DNA from: Sminthopsis crassicaudata | Taxonomy: Eukaryota | DNA length: 64,000 nucleotides | Direction: 5' to 3' | Assembly: GCF_048593235.1 (NCBI RefSeq) | Contig: NC_133618.1 | Span: 161,909,162 to 161,973,161 of the forward strand | Shown here: positions 42,078 to 53,995 of the stretch, piece after piece | How the letters are laid out: every line of letters starts with the position of its first letter | Position numbering within the stretch: position 1 is the first letter of the stretch | Program-made: the position numbers and the translations under genes | Notes under the pieces: generated by a model | What the model saw: the letters and a program-made list of their open reading frames with translations, nothing else | Told to the model about the DNA's origin: nothing | Database searches by the model: none

Positions 42078-42128
<51 letters not shown>
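42078..42128. repeat. (CA)n microsatellite
   Basis: Direct inspection. Other (CA)n tracts at about 5491-5524, 26206-26285 and 47899-47925. Confidence 0.95.
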
Positions 42129-42130
<2 letters not shown>

Positions 42131-42912
42131 GTTGCAGAGGAATTAAAGAACACTAACAACAGAGGTTGGGAAGGGTGAGGGGAGATCTAGAAAAGCTTGC
42201 CATAGGAGGTGGCACAAGAGTGAGCCTTGAAGGAAGCCAGGGACTAAGATACAGAGGTAAAGAAGGAGTCCATTCCAAATAGTTGGAATCTTGGAGAAAT
42301 ACCATGTTCACAGAATATTAAGTAAGATCGCGGGGCTATAACTTGGAGAGAGGGACTATTCAGTTCTGTTCCCTTTCCCCCCATAATTCCCATTTTATAG
42401 ATTTGGAAACTGAGGCCTAGAGAGATTAAAATACCTCCCTAAAATCACTTGGAGATGAGAAGTAGGATTCCCTCTGACTCCAGAACTACTATTTTACCTC
42501 CTCTACCATGCTATCCTTGGCTAGTTTTGTTTTTTCTCTATTTCATGGTAAGGCTACAGTCATTTGGGATCCTTTCATGGAGGTCAGGAAGGGGATTTCT
42601 TAGAGTTTTTATCTGCCTAGACATTTTCTTTTGTCTTCAATTGCCCAAAGTAATGCACACAGAATTCCTATGTCATAACTCAATAGACTGAAATGATGGG
42701 AAGATATATATATATTTTTAAGGATCTGCAGTCTTAAAATAAAATCAATTTGATAGTCATACCCTCCCAATCTCCCAATGATTTAGAGAGTGGCTGCTGT
42801 TCAGAAAGAAAGTATACAATTCAGTTGAGGATAGAGGGTACTCTATCAGTAAGCCTTCTAATATCCTGAAAAGCTAAGGTGAAGGAAGGGGAGCCAACAG
42901 TGCCCAGTTTAC

Positions 42913-42989
42913 CTGTTAAACCAGTCATCTGTGTAGCGAGGGTAAGGATAAGGGTCATTGCTGCTGAAGTCATAGCTCGCTTCCGCATT
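42913..42989 (-). CDS. PCSK2: PCSK2 coding exon 6 (77 nt)
   Basis: Minus strand: acceptor ccttgtgtttttcag|AATGCG, donor AACAG|gtaaac. Translates NAEASYDFSSNDPYPYPRYTDDWFN(S), matching PC2 as recalled. The 77-nt length and phase 0/2 match the recalled human exon 6. Confidence 0.97.
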
Positions 42990-44254
42990 CTGAAAAACAC
43001 AAGGGATCTCACTGGGTCAATAGGAAAACAGAGGCACAGGAAACAGAAAATGCTACACAGGGTAGACTTTCCATGTTAATAAATCCCTCCTTAAGTCATT
43101 TGGTAACAAACTTTTGCTCAGAGAGCTCTGAGAAAAAGGTAGAGGAAGGAGGTAAAGTTTGTCCTCCTGGTTCCCTTCTTCCCATTCCTTCCCATATTTC
43201 CCCTACCCTAAAAAGGTTCATAGGTTTTGGACCTGTAAAATCTTTAGTTTTATAGGTCAGAATACTGAAGGCCTGATGTTGGGGGGGGGGGTGTGATGTG
43301 ACCTGATTGAGATCACACAGGTAGCTAGTGTCAGAGTAAGAATATAAAATCAACTCACTCTAGTATCCTTTCTACTATACCAACCCAAATCATCCTTCCT
43401 AAAATACAATAATCTGTCCCAGGCTTTTGAGATGGTAGAAAATTCATGTATGGTGCATTGTCACCCTCTGAAAGTACTTACATTTAAAAAGAAGAGAAGG
43501 TGGTGTTTTAATACAAAGGATGATTCACTAATGGATTCAAATCTAAGTTAATGAGGTTTCTATCAGCTCTAGACCTAGAGTTCTATTTAAAAGACTTGTC
43601 CATTCCTTTCCTGTTTTTACTGACACTCACTATAAGTTGTTCAGGACTTTACAACATACACTATTATCACAGAATTGTGAGCTAAAAGACTCAGGAGGAA
43701 ATCCAGGAAGAACCTATGTATCTCCTTCATTCTAATCTCACTATATGGATTCTCAGAAGTCATTGAATTCATACATGACCAAAAACTCCTTTTACTAAAT
43801 ATACACAATCTTCTTGTTTTCAGTTTCTGTGATATGGTCCTGGTACGAGGGATTAAAAGGAGAAGTTAGCTATTTCCTTCCTTGTAAAACTTTATTGACT
43901 TGTGAAGTAATTAATATTTCTGATGATCTTATTATGTAATTTCAAAAGGACTCAGATATTGGGAACACAGAATCATCACTCAGGGGTGTGCAGGGAAATG
44001 TTCAACCACCTCCTCATTAAAAAATGTATATATGAGACTTTTTGTTTTGAGTCAATCAGGATTAAGTGATTTGCTCAGGGTCACATATAAGTATCTGAGG
44101 CAGGGTGGATGACAGAGTGAGAGAGAAGAGTTGAGAATTACTGATGTTGCAGTCCTGAGAGACTGGAAGAGTAGCAATACATTGTATAGAAATGATTGAT
44201 TGGCTAAAAATTCAAACTCCTTGAATTTTATTCTGTGAAGCTACTGGACATTTT

Positions 44255-44482
44255 GGATGGCACAGTAGATAGAGTGTTGGACTTGGAGTCAGGAAGACTT
44301 GATTTCAAGTCCTGCCTTGCTAGCTGGGGCATTAAGTATGCTATTTGATCTCTCACAGTTTTGGTTTCCTTATTTGTTCAAGTGGGATAGTAGTAGTACT
44401 TCCTACACAGAGTTGCCGTGAAGATTAGTTGATTGAAGCACTTATAAAGTAGCATAAAAATGTGCTAGCTATTGCTGTTATT
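44255..44482 (+). mobile_element. MIR abutting the 3' end of the TCP1-like fragment
   Basis: GGCACAGTAGATAGAGTGTTGGACTTGGAGTCAGGAAGAC...TGCTAGCTATTGCTGTTATT. Confidence 0.75.
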
Positions 44483-44484
44483 CT

Positions 44485-45049
44485 GCAACTTTCAATAGAC
44501 ATTCTTTCCTAACTTCACCTATGGGTCATCAAAATATGAACAAAGTTTCCTGGAAATTGAGTCAGATCTTTCACACGTTCATACTTAACACAAAGTATCA
44601 CATCCATCACCCACTTAGCAAAAATATCACCACTAACTCTGGAGATTTTTGAAGATCTGGATGTATAAACAGAATTTATTAGCCCATCTTTTCCAAATTT
44701 ATTCACATTAATTACTGACAAGATTTTTAGTGCTGGCCAGAACTGCTTCATTATTAACAAGTGGGTCTTCTTTGTTTTGGACACGTGATCTCATTGATAT
44801 AGGAAGTTTCTCAAGAGGCAATTCCCTTTGAGAAAGGAGATTGGCTACTAGTTTCCTAAACCAGTTACACAACCACTCTATGTCAGAGGTTACACCCAAA
44901 CAGAGGTCACTTTGACCCTCAGACCAACTTTAGCCATTTTATTACATGCCCTCTCAAGCAAGCCTATAGCCACCAATGATTGATGTGGTTCTGATTCCCA
45001 CCCCCATGCCCATAGTACTAATTTTACAAAGTTGCTGTGCGGATATTAG
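44485..45049 (-). pseudogene. TCP1: TCP1 (CCT-alpha)-like pseudogene fragment, exons 4-6 region, apparently semi-processed
   Basis: Minus strand LISAQQLCKISTMGMGVGIRTTSIIGGYRLA* aligns without gaps to TCP1 VIIAAELLKNADELVKQKIHPTSVISGYRLAC. After a 201-bp insert, EAVLASTKNLV/NKFGKDGLINSVYTSRSSKISRVSGDIFAKWVMDVILCVKYERVKDLTQFPGNFVHILMTH aligns to [75 protein letters not shown]. Stops at 44954-44956, 44515-44517 and 44509-44511; one 4-nt frameshift near 44705-44716. Confidence 0.85.
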
Positions 45050-46162
45050 ATCATTATATAAAAAACAACTAGCTAGGTGGTATCATGGATAGAGAATGGA
45101 CTTAAACTCAACTCAAATCCTGCCTTGCATATTTTTCTAGATGTGTGATTTTGGACAAATCAATTAATTTTTTTTCTTTACTTGTAAAACAGGGACAACA
45201 ATAATGGTAAAATGAAATGTTTCTAAAGTGCTTGGCAATCCTTAAAACAATATATAAATACTAGTATTTATTTTTCTGTTAGAGTTTGGACTCTATTTAC
45301 CCAGAGCTTCTGTGTTATTTTTCTCTAGCACAAAATTTCTCAGTGCAGATTTTCCAGGAAATCATGAATGTTTTCATATTTAATCCTGAGAAATTTATGG
45401 CAATTGTGGTGCTCTGTTGTAAAACTTTTCTTTTTCATCTTATAGTCCTAACAAGATGCACAGAGCTTGAGAAACACTTTCTTTTCTTTCAGTTCCTCTT
45501 GCAGTTCCATGATTGACAATTTCATGGCAGTAATTAACTGACATCCCTAAACTATGTATTTGTTGTAGGACAAAGAACTGACAATGACAGTAGAGAAGTG
45601 GGATTATCTGCTAATGCTAATGCATTCAATAAAATAAGCTTTCTTGGAGGATCTCAGTGTTGTACTCTGAGATCTCTCTTTTTGACTTGCCCAACTTTGG
45701 GTTGACCTTGTAGATCTTGGGAACATTTCACTTCTGGCTTTTGGATTGCCATGCTCCAACCTAGAGTAAGAACCTGTGGCAGTTGTAGATTATATGTATG
45801 TATGTGTATATGTGTATGCATATGTGTGTCTGTTCATTTTCTTCTATAATATGCATATACATATACACATACATACATACACATCATGGTGGTCCTGACC
45901 TGGATTATGACATGAGCTGTACAGTTATTCCAGCTTTCTTTCCAATTAGGCATGTAGAATTTTAAAGTTACAATGTACTGTAAAACTCATCTAGTTTAGC
46001 ACCCAATTTTAAAGAAGAAAAAACTGAGGTCCTCTCAGAGTGAAGTGATTTTAATAAGGTCACACAATTGCAGAGGGAACGCTGAATACTAATTACTGCA
46101 TCTAAATTCACTGGGTAATGATATTCAGTGAGCTAAAACCAAAGCTCCAAAAATTTTTGCCT

Positions 46163-46919
46163 CAATTTGGAACTATGCTCAAAAAGTTACCAAACTTTGC
46201 ATACCCTTTGATCCAGCAGTGCTACTATTGAGCTTGAATCTCAAAGAGATCTTAAAGAAGGGAAAAGGACCCACATGTGCAAAAATGTTTGTGGCGCCCC
46301 TTTTTGTAGTGGCAAGAAACTGGAAACTGAGTGGATGCCCATCAATTGGAAAATGGCTGAATAAATTATGATATATGAATGTTATGGAATAGTATTGTTC
46401 TGCAAGAAATGACCAGCCGGATGATTTCAGAAAGGCCTGGAGAGACTTACATGAACTGATGCTAAGTGAAATGAGCAGAACCAGGAGATCATTATTCACA
46501 GTAACAATAAAACTATATGACAATCAATTCTGATGGACATGCCAGTTGTTCAGTAATGAAGAGAGCCATCTACACCCAGAGAGAGGACTATGGGAACTGA
46601 ATGTGGACGGCAATACAGTATTTTCATTCTTTCTGTTGTTGTTTGCTTGCATTTTTGTTTTCTTTCACTTTGTTTTTATTCCTCCTTGAACTGATTTTTC
46701 TTGTGCAGCAAGATAACTGTATAAATAGTCATACATATATTGGATTTAACATATATTTTAACATATTTAACATGTATAGACTACCTGCCATCTAGGGGAG
46801 GGGATGGGGGCAGGGAGAGGAAAATTTGAAACAGAAGGTTTTGTAAGGGTCAATGTTAAAAATTATCCATGCATATGTTTTGTCAATTAAAAGCTATAAT
46901 AAAATTTTTAAAAAAGACT
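46163..46919 (+). mobile_element. 5'-truncated L1 (ORF2 C-terminus plus 3' UTR), older subfamily
   Basis: ATACCCTTTGATCCAGCAGTG... ORF2 end with stops; G-rich 3' UTR; A-tail; imperfect TSD TTTTTGC(C/T)TCAA. Confidence 0.92.
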
Positions 46920-49900
46920 TTTTGCTTCAAATGCAGGCATCTTGAACTGTGTTGGGAGCAAGATGTGCACCTTTAATTGGGATAGAGGTGGTGTGAAGCA
47001 GGAGAAAGAGATCACTCCAGGGCAAATGCACAAAGCCATTGTTTGGAAAGCTGCTGTATAGGAGAAGGAAGGAAGAGAGAAAAGAGTGGAATCGGAAGAA
47101 GCTAACTTCAGCCTGTCATCTGGTAATTTCCCATTTTTAACTAATTATCCTTGCTAACAAGGTCACAAGCTTTGTTTTTCTGTTGCTGATAAAGTACACA
47201 TACTTATTGTTATTGCTTTGGTTCAAAGCCCTGATTGCCTTGTCTGAGTTGTATCTTTGTCCAAACTGATCATTTGCACAAGGAATCTGGTTCATGATTT
47301 CTTTCTAATCTGCCAAATTTTCCTAAAATGCAGATCTGATCATATCATCCCCTAAATCTAGAAACTCCACTAGCTGTCTAGTATTTCTAGTATCAAATAC
47401 AAAATTCTCTGTTTTGTATTTAAAACTCTTTGCAACTCTACCCTTTGATGCCTTTCGAATCTTCATACAACACACTCATTTGTTCACATACTAGTTTCAG
47501 CCATTAGTACGTCTAGTTGTTAATTCATGCCTTTGCACTGACTGCTCTTTATCTCTGGAATATACTCCTTCTCTTCTCTTGAACACTCTGGTTCTTCTCA
47601 AGATTTAACCCAAACACTACCTAGTTAACAGAGCTCGCTCTCTGTTTCTCTGTTTCTGCCTCGCTCTGCTCATTCCTTCGTTCATTCCTTCCTTCTTCCC
47701 TTCCTTCCTCTTTGTCTCTTTTTCTTTCTCCTCTCCATGTCTTTTTCTTTCTCCTTCTTTTTCTCCCTTCCTTTCATGCCCTTAGTTTAGAGATAAATGC
47801 TTTATTTTTAAATTTTTTGGGGAGGATTACATTTTAAGTTCTGAGCTGTTTCCTTCTATTTCTCCCCATTCCATACTAGTAGAAAAGGCTACCATTTTAC
47901 ACACACACACACACAAACACACACATGTATCTATATGCATAAATGTGCATATATGTATGTGTGTATGCATATATGCATACACATATATGTGTGTATGTAT
48001 ATACATAATTTTCTGATCCCCACTCCAATCCTGAAGCTATTAGGGCACCTCCTTCCCAAAATACTTCATATTTATTTTGTTTACATTATATATTTAAGCA
48101 TTTGTGCAGATATGGTCTCTTCTATTAGCATGTAAACTACTTAAGGGCAGAGCCTGTTTCACTTTGCTTAGCACAGTGCCTCACACATAGTAAATAAGTG
48201 GTACAATAAATGCTAGTTGGTTGATTGATGGTGAATTCCAAAAGGCTAGCAATGGCTCACTAGGGAAGAGCAATAATTTCGCTGGGACTTTGTACTTATA
48301 AAGTCCAAACTAATCAGGTTTGTTTAATACAAATAAAATTTTTTTATTGCCCCAGAGTAAATCATATTGTATTTGAACTTGAGCATTTATAAATGTATGT
48401 TTGAATGTGGAGCCTTGGGAATGTTTTTTGGGAAAAGACGATATCCCCCAAAATTGAATTTTTGGCTAAGTTAGGGTTAACCTGAAAACTTTTTTCAACT
48501 CTTGCTGAATATGTATTAGTCTACTTTTCTGCCTAAGTCCTGTACATATCCAGAACATAATTTAATCTCTCTTTGATTCAGGATCTTGCAGTCCTGAGGG
48601 TAATCATTAGAAGCATGAATTATCACTGTACCGTGATGGAGAATAATCAGTGTACCATGATGAGATGAATCTCCACTGACCCTAGGAGAGCCCTTATGAA
48701 TTCCTTTGGGGAAGAAATCCCTGATGCCAGCTTATTTTCTCATAAAAGTGAGTTGCAGAAAAAAAGGGGAGCATTTAAGGGCTTTGCCTAGTTGGGATCT
48801 ACATCTTAGAAGGGAGAGTCAGAGATTGACAAGATTAGGCTCTGGATAGAAGATAGAAACTCATAGCTAAAGACCAGACAGTTGGATAATGCTCCACAAA
48901 AGAAGGAAGGGCCTGTATTTTGCATTAAGCTAAGAAAAGTCAAGGGAATCTGAATTCTTATGTGTAAAAAGAATTTGAGTAATTCAGCGATTGTTTCTTA
49001 AGTGCCTATTTTGTATACCTACTAGATAGCATAGTGGAGAGAGTGCTGGACCTATAATCAGAAATTCTGAGTTCAAATTGAGCCTAAGATACAGTAGTAT
49101 GTGATTTTGGGAAAGTAATTTACCTATGTCTGCCTCAGGAAAATTGGGTGAGTAGTAACACGTACCTCTCATGGTTTTTATTAGGTTGAAATTATAAACN
49201 NNNNNNNNNNNNNNNNNNNNNNNNNNNNNNNNNNNNNNNNNNNNNNNNNNNNNNNNNNNNNNNNNNNNNNNNNNNNNNNNNNNNNNNNNNNNNNNNNNNN
49301 NNNNNNNNNNNNNNNNNNNNNNNNNNNNNNNNNNNNNNNNNNNNNNNNNNNNNNNNNNNNNNNNNNNNNNNNNNNNNNNNNNNNNNNNNNNNNNNNNNNN
49401 NNNNNNNNNNNNNNNNNNNNNNNNNNNNNNNNNNNNNNNNNNNNNNNNNNNNNNNNNNNNNNNNNNNNNNNNNNNNNNNNNNNNNNNNNNNNNNNNNNNN
49501 NNNNNNNNNNNNNNNNNNNNNNNNNNNNNNNNNNNNNNNNNNNNNNNNNNNNNNNNNNNNNNNNNNNNNNNNNNNNNNNNNNNNNNNNNNNNNNNNNNNN
49601 NNNNNNNNNNNNNNNNNNNNNNNNNNNNNNNNNNNNNNNNNNNNNNNNNNNNNNNNNNNNNNNNNNNNNNNNNNNNNNNNNNNNNNNNNNNNNNNNNNNN
49701 NNNNNNNNNNNNNNNNNNNNNNNNNNNNNNNNNNNNNNNNNNNTTTTTCCCCACTCCTTCTCCTCCTCTTTCTCCTTCTTCTTGACAACATCTTCATTAT
49801 TAAAATGTGATCTTCTTACCAGTAGGAAATATCTCATTCATCATATTTATATCCATAGTGCCTTAGCACAGTGCCTGACACAATTGATAGACAAAATATT

Positions 49901-50455
49901 AGATGCAATGGATACAAAAGACAAAACCAGAATAATTCTGTCTTTCAAAGAGCTTACATTTTACTGGGGTGGCTGAGAGTGTTGATGTTTCTTACAATGT
50001 GCCTAAGTATAAAAGAAGTAATTTTGGGAGACAGAGAACCCTAAATTTTAGAGGAGAAAGGAAGACTTTCTACAGGAGATGTCACCTAGAACCAAGAAAT
50101 GAGGTGGAAATCCATCTCCTGAGAGTGGAAATAAGAGGAGGAGGAGACAGAGAAAACACAAACACACAGACACACAGAGGCAAAGAGACAGATACAGAGA
50201 TGATCTATTGATTGAGTTTGATGAAAAGCAAGGGGGCCACTTTGATGTGATCAAAACATGAAACACAAAAGGCCCTTTAGGACTATTTCTAGCCTCACCC
50301 TGGAAACTGAAGATTAAATTTGAATTCTTAAAACATTGCAGTTAATATAATTAAGTATATGTAAACTTTTTCCTTTTAAGGAAGAGAGATGTTTTATATC
50401 TGGGGTATGTATGTTGAAACAGGGTGAATCATCATCAGCTTTGGCATTATTTTCT

Positions 50456-51259
50456 TCTTTTCTTTTCTTAACATTTTATTTATTTATAATTTTTTGACAT
50501 GCATGAGTAATTTTTTTATACATTATCCCTTGTATTCATTTTTCCAAATTATCCCCTCCCTCCCTCTACTCCCTCCACTTGATGACAGGCAATCCCATAC
50601 ATTTTACATGTGTTACAATATAACCTAGATACAATATATGTGTGTAAATACCATTTTCTTGTTGCACATTAAGTATTAGATTCTGAAGGTATAAGTAACC
50701 TGGGTAGATAGACAGTAGTGCTAACAATTTACATTCACTTCCCAGTGTTCCTTCTCTGGGTGTAGTTATTTCTGTCCATCATTGATCAACTGGAAGTGAG
50801 TTGGATCTTCTTTATGTTGAAGATTTCCACTTCCATCAGAATACATCTTCATACAACATTGAAGTGTACAGCGATCTTCTGGTTCTATTCATTTCACTCA
50901 GCATCAGTTGATGTAAGTCTCTCCAAGCCTCTCTGTATTCCTCCTGCTGGTCATTTCTTACAGAGCAGTAATATTCCATAACCTTCATATACCATAATTT
51001 ACCCAACCATTCTCCAATTGATGGACATCCATTCATCTTCCAGTTTCTAGCCACTACGAAAAGAGCTGCCACAAACATTTTGGCACATACAGGTCCCTTT
51101 CCCCTCCTCAGTATTTCTTTGGGATATAAGCCCAATAGCAGCACTGCTGGATCAAAGGGTATGCACAGTTTGATAACTTTTTGGGCATAGTTCCAAATTG
51201 CTCTCCAGAATGGCTGGATTCTTTCACAACTCCACCAACAATGTATTAGTGTCCCAGTT
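50456..51259 (-). mobile_element. Young 5'-truncated L1 (ORF2 C-terminus plus 3' UTR)
   Basis: Stop-free ORF2 tail (TLIHCWWSC...IPFDPAVLLLGLYPKE...EWLGKLWYMKVMEYY); A-rich tail; perfect 16-bp TSD TTTGGCATTATTTTCT at 50440-50455 and 51260-51275. Confidence 0.95.
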
Positions 51260-52269
51260 TTTGGCATTATTTTCTGACCAATAATTGAGCACTGAAAGAA
51301 AATCTGTCTTGCTGATTTTCTATCATATAGGGCTTGGCCAAAGCAAAAGGTAGTATCTTTCTCCCACTGTTTTTCCTACTTCTCTCTTAGTTCCCTGATG
51401 CCTAAGAATCTATAAAGCAACTAGATGGCTTAGTAGATAAAACAGTAGCCTTGGAGTCAGGTAGACTTGAATTCAAATCTCTTTCTTCTCAGGCACCCCC
51501 CCCCCCATTAATTTTGTATCTCTGGGCAATTTAGCCTCATCTGTAAACCTTGGAAAACACACCTTCCCCATTGGGTTGTTGTGATGCTTAAATAAGATAA
51601 CAAATGTAAATCATTTTATAAACCTGAAAATTTCATAGCTAGCTATTATTGTTGTTATTACTATTGTTATTACTGTGATTTTGTATGCTGGCAGCTTTTC
51701 CTGGACAGCTCCCATTTGTATTCCATTTCTTCTAAGTTAGTCATCACTACTGGAGAATAATCTTATAAAGTGAATCCACCAAGGCATTAATTAATTAATG
51801 AGAATTTTTCACTCTTTCTCCTTTGCTAGACAATTATCCTTTTGCCTAGTATGAGTGTCCCCTATGATTCAGTCCTGGGCCCTCTTTTCTTCTTTCTCTC
51901 ATGATGATATCATCCATCCAGCTTTTATTTCCTGAACTCTTGTCCCAATTAATAATTGACAGGTTATCTCCAGTGGATATCCCATAAATAGCTCAAATCC
52001 ATCATATCAAAAATGGTACTTATTTTCAGGAAAACTGATCTCTCCTCCAAAATTCTCTATTTCTTATGAGAGTATCATTATCCTTATATGCATCTAAGTT
52101 TGCAAAATTTGAAGCCATTCTTTATTCTTCTCTTTCTCAATTGCCATGTTCAATCAGATGTCTTTCTCATCAACATCTCTTGTATCCATCATCTTCATCC
52201 TGTTCATAGAACTATTACTCTAGATGAGGACTTCTTAAATTTTTTCCACTCAAGATCCCTTTTCACTAT

Positions 52270-52412
52270 AGAAATTTTTATGTAACCTCAGATATATAGG
52301 TACCTAAAAGTTATACAAATAAAACATTTACTGATAATACATTGTATTTATGACCCCCAGATTCAGTTACAAGACCCCAAATAGGGTCATGAACCATAGT
52401 TTAAGAAGCTGG
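52270..52412. mobile_element. hAT-Charlie-like MITE fragment
   Basis: AATAAAACATTTACTGATAATAC...GACCCCAAATAGGGTCATGAACCATAGTTTAAGAAGCTG followed by a CTCTA-type target site. Confidence 0.5.
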
Positions 52413-53774
52413 GCTCTAAATTATGATCTTCTACTCTTTCACCTGGAGTTATTTCTCTTCTGCCCCTATACATAATTACTATTGTCCTCTCCTCCAAATT
52501 ATTTTGTCTTTATTTTGTTTATATAAATGCTGTTTACTTCAAAAGAATAAAAGTTCCTTGAGAGCAGGGAGTTTTTGTTTTTCTGTACCCAGCTTCTAGT
52601 ACAGTGCTTGCCACATAGTGAGCCCTTTATAAATGTTTATTGAATGACTGACTGATTACCAAAGTAGAAAGGTTGTGAGCCAGGAGCAGGCAACAGATTA
52701 TGATTTCATCTAAGAAGCCATTCAGAGAGTCACACAACACAATTGGCTTCTTTACAGAACATTCACACCTACTGTCAAACATTGTTCCCAACTTCTACAG
52801 AACTTATAGTCTAATTAGGGAGGAAAGATCTAAGCTTATGGAAATTAAAAGGCCAGGAAAAAAAGTAACAATTCAAGACAACAATAGATTCAAAAAGGAT
52901 GGCCCTGTTGGATTATGAAGCCAATAGGAAATGCCTTCTACCTTTTCCCTCTTTTTTGTCTCCTTTCTGCTTCCCCAGAAGAAACTTAGCTGACTGAACC
53001 ATGTAGCAGTTGCAGGAGAGCTCTGTTGAAGCATCCCAGTATGTATGAATTCATGAAAGTCAAATAAGAGTCTCCAGAAGAATTTTCAACCAGCAGCCAT
53101 ATTGCTACAGACAAAACTCAACTGTAAGGTGACTGAGCAGCTAAAAGATTCCAGACCATTATAGCTTCAAGAATTTTGCTATTGATTTCACTCATATCAA
53201 ACGTCGTCATGGCTGAATATTTTCAACTGCGTCTATTTGGGTTTTTCTGAAATAATTCTTCCACGAGTGCTTGTTTAACTATAATGTTCAGTTTACTTTC
53301 AACTGGAACCCACATTAAAGAGATCTATGTATATATTAAGCTTAGCAATAAAACTTAATGAAATTTAACATCTCTCAAGTACAGAGGGGAAAAACTCAAC
53401 CTTCCAGTTTTGGTTGCATTGCCAGAAAACCTTGCAATTTTTTTTCTTATTAGCTGCGTGACACATATGGACTTTGCAGAAAAATTTCCAATTCCCTATT
53501 CACAGTGGTAGTCTGAGCCTACAAAAGATAGCTGCCACATTTTTTTCTCAGGGTTCTAGAGTAGTGATGTCAAAGAAAAGTGGAAACAGGGGCTACTAAA
53601 CCAATTTTTCACCAATACTTGGAATGCACTTTTTTTTTTTCACCTTTGCCTAGGGGATTTTCAAGCCTGTTTCAAGGCTCAGCTCATGTGCCATTTCATA
53701 CAAGAAGTATTTTCTAATTTTCTTGTTGTAATAGTATTTAATCTTCCTCTCCTATTGATTATGCATATATGAGG

Positions 53775-53995
53775 GAAGCTGGATGTCTAGAATAAATAGA
53801 ATGCTGAGTCTGAAGTTAGGAACACCTGAGTTTAAAACTGGCCCCAAATACTGTGTGACCCTGAGTAAATCACTTAACCCTGTTTTCATTAATTTCCTCA
53901 TCTATAAAATGAATTGGAGAAGGAAATGGCAAACTATTTCAGAATCTTTGTAAAGAAAACCCATACGAGGCCACAAAATGTAGCACACAATTCAG
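53775..53995 (+). mobile_element. MAR1-type SINE
   Basis: CORE body plus GGAGAAGGAAATGGCAAACTATTTCAGAATCTTTG tail. Confidence 0.8.

Noticed and set aside
44485-44950. Endogenous RNA-virus or parvovirus element suggested by ORFs 44515-44784 and 44708-44899
   Set aside because: No match to recalled filovirus, bornavirus or parvovirus proteins; better explained by TCP1 homology.
50836-51267. 143-aa ORF as a host gene
   Set aside because: It is the L1 ORF2 C-terminus within a TSD-flanked L1.
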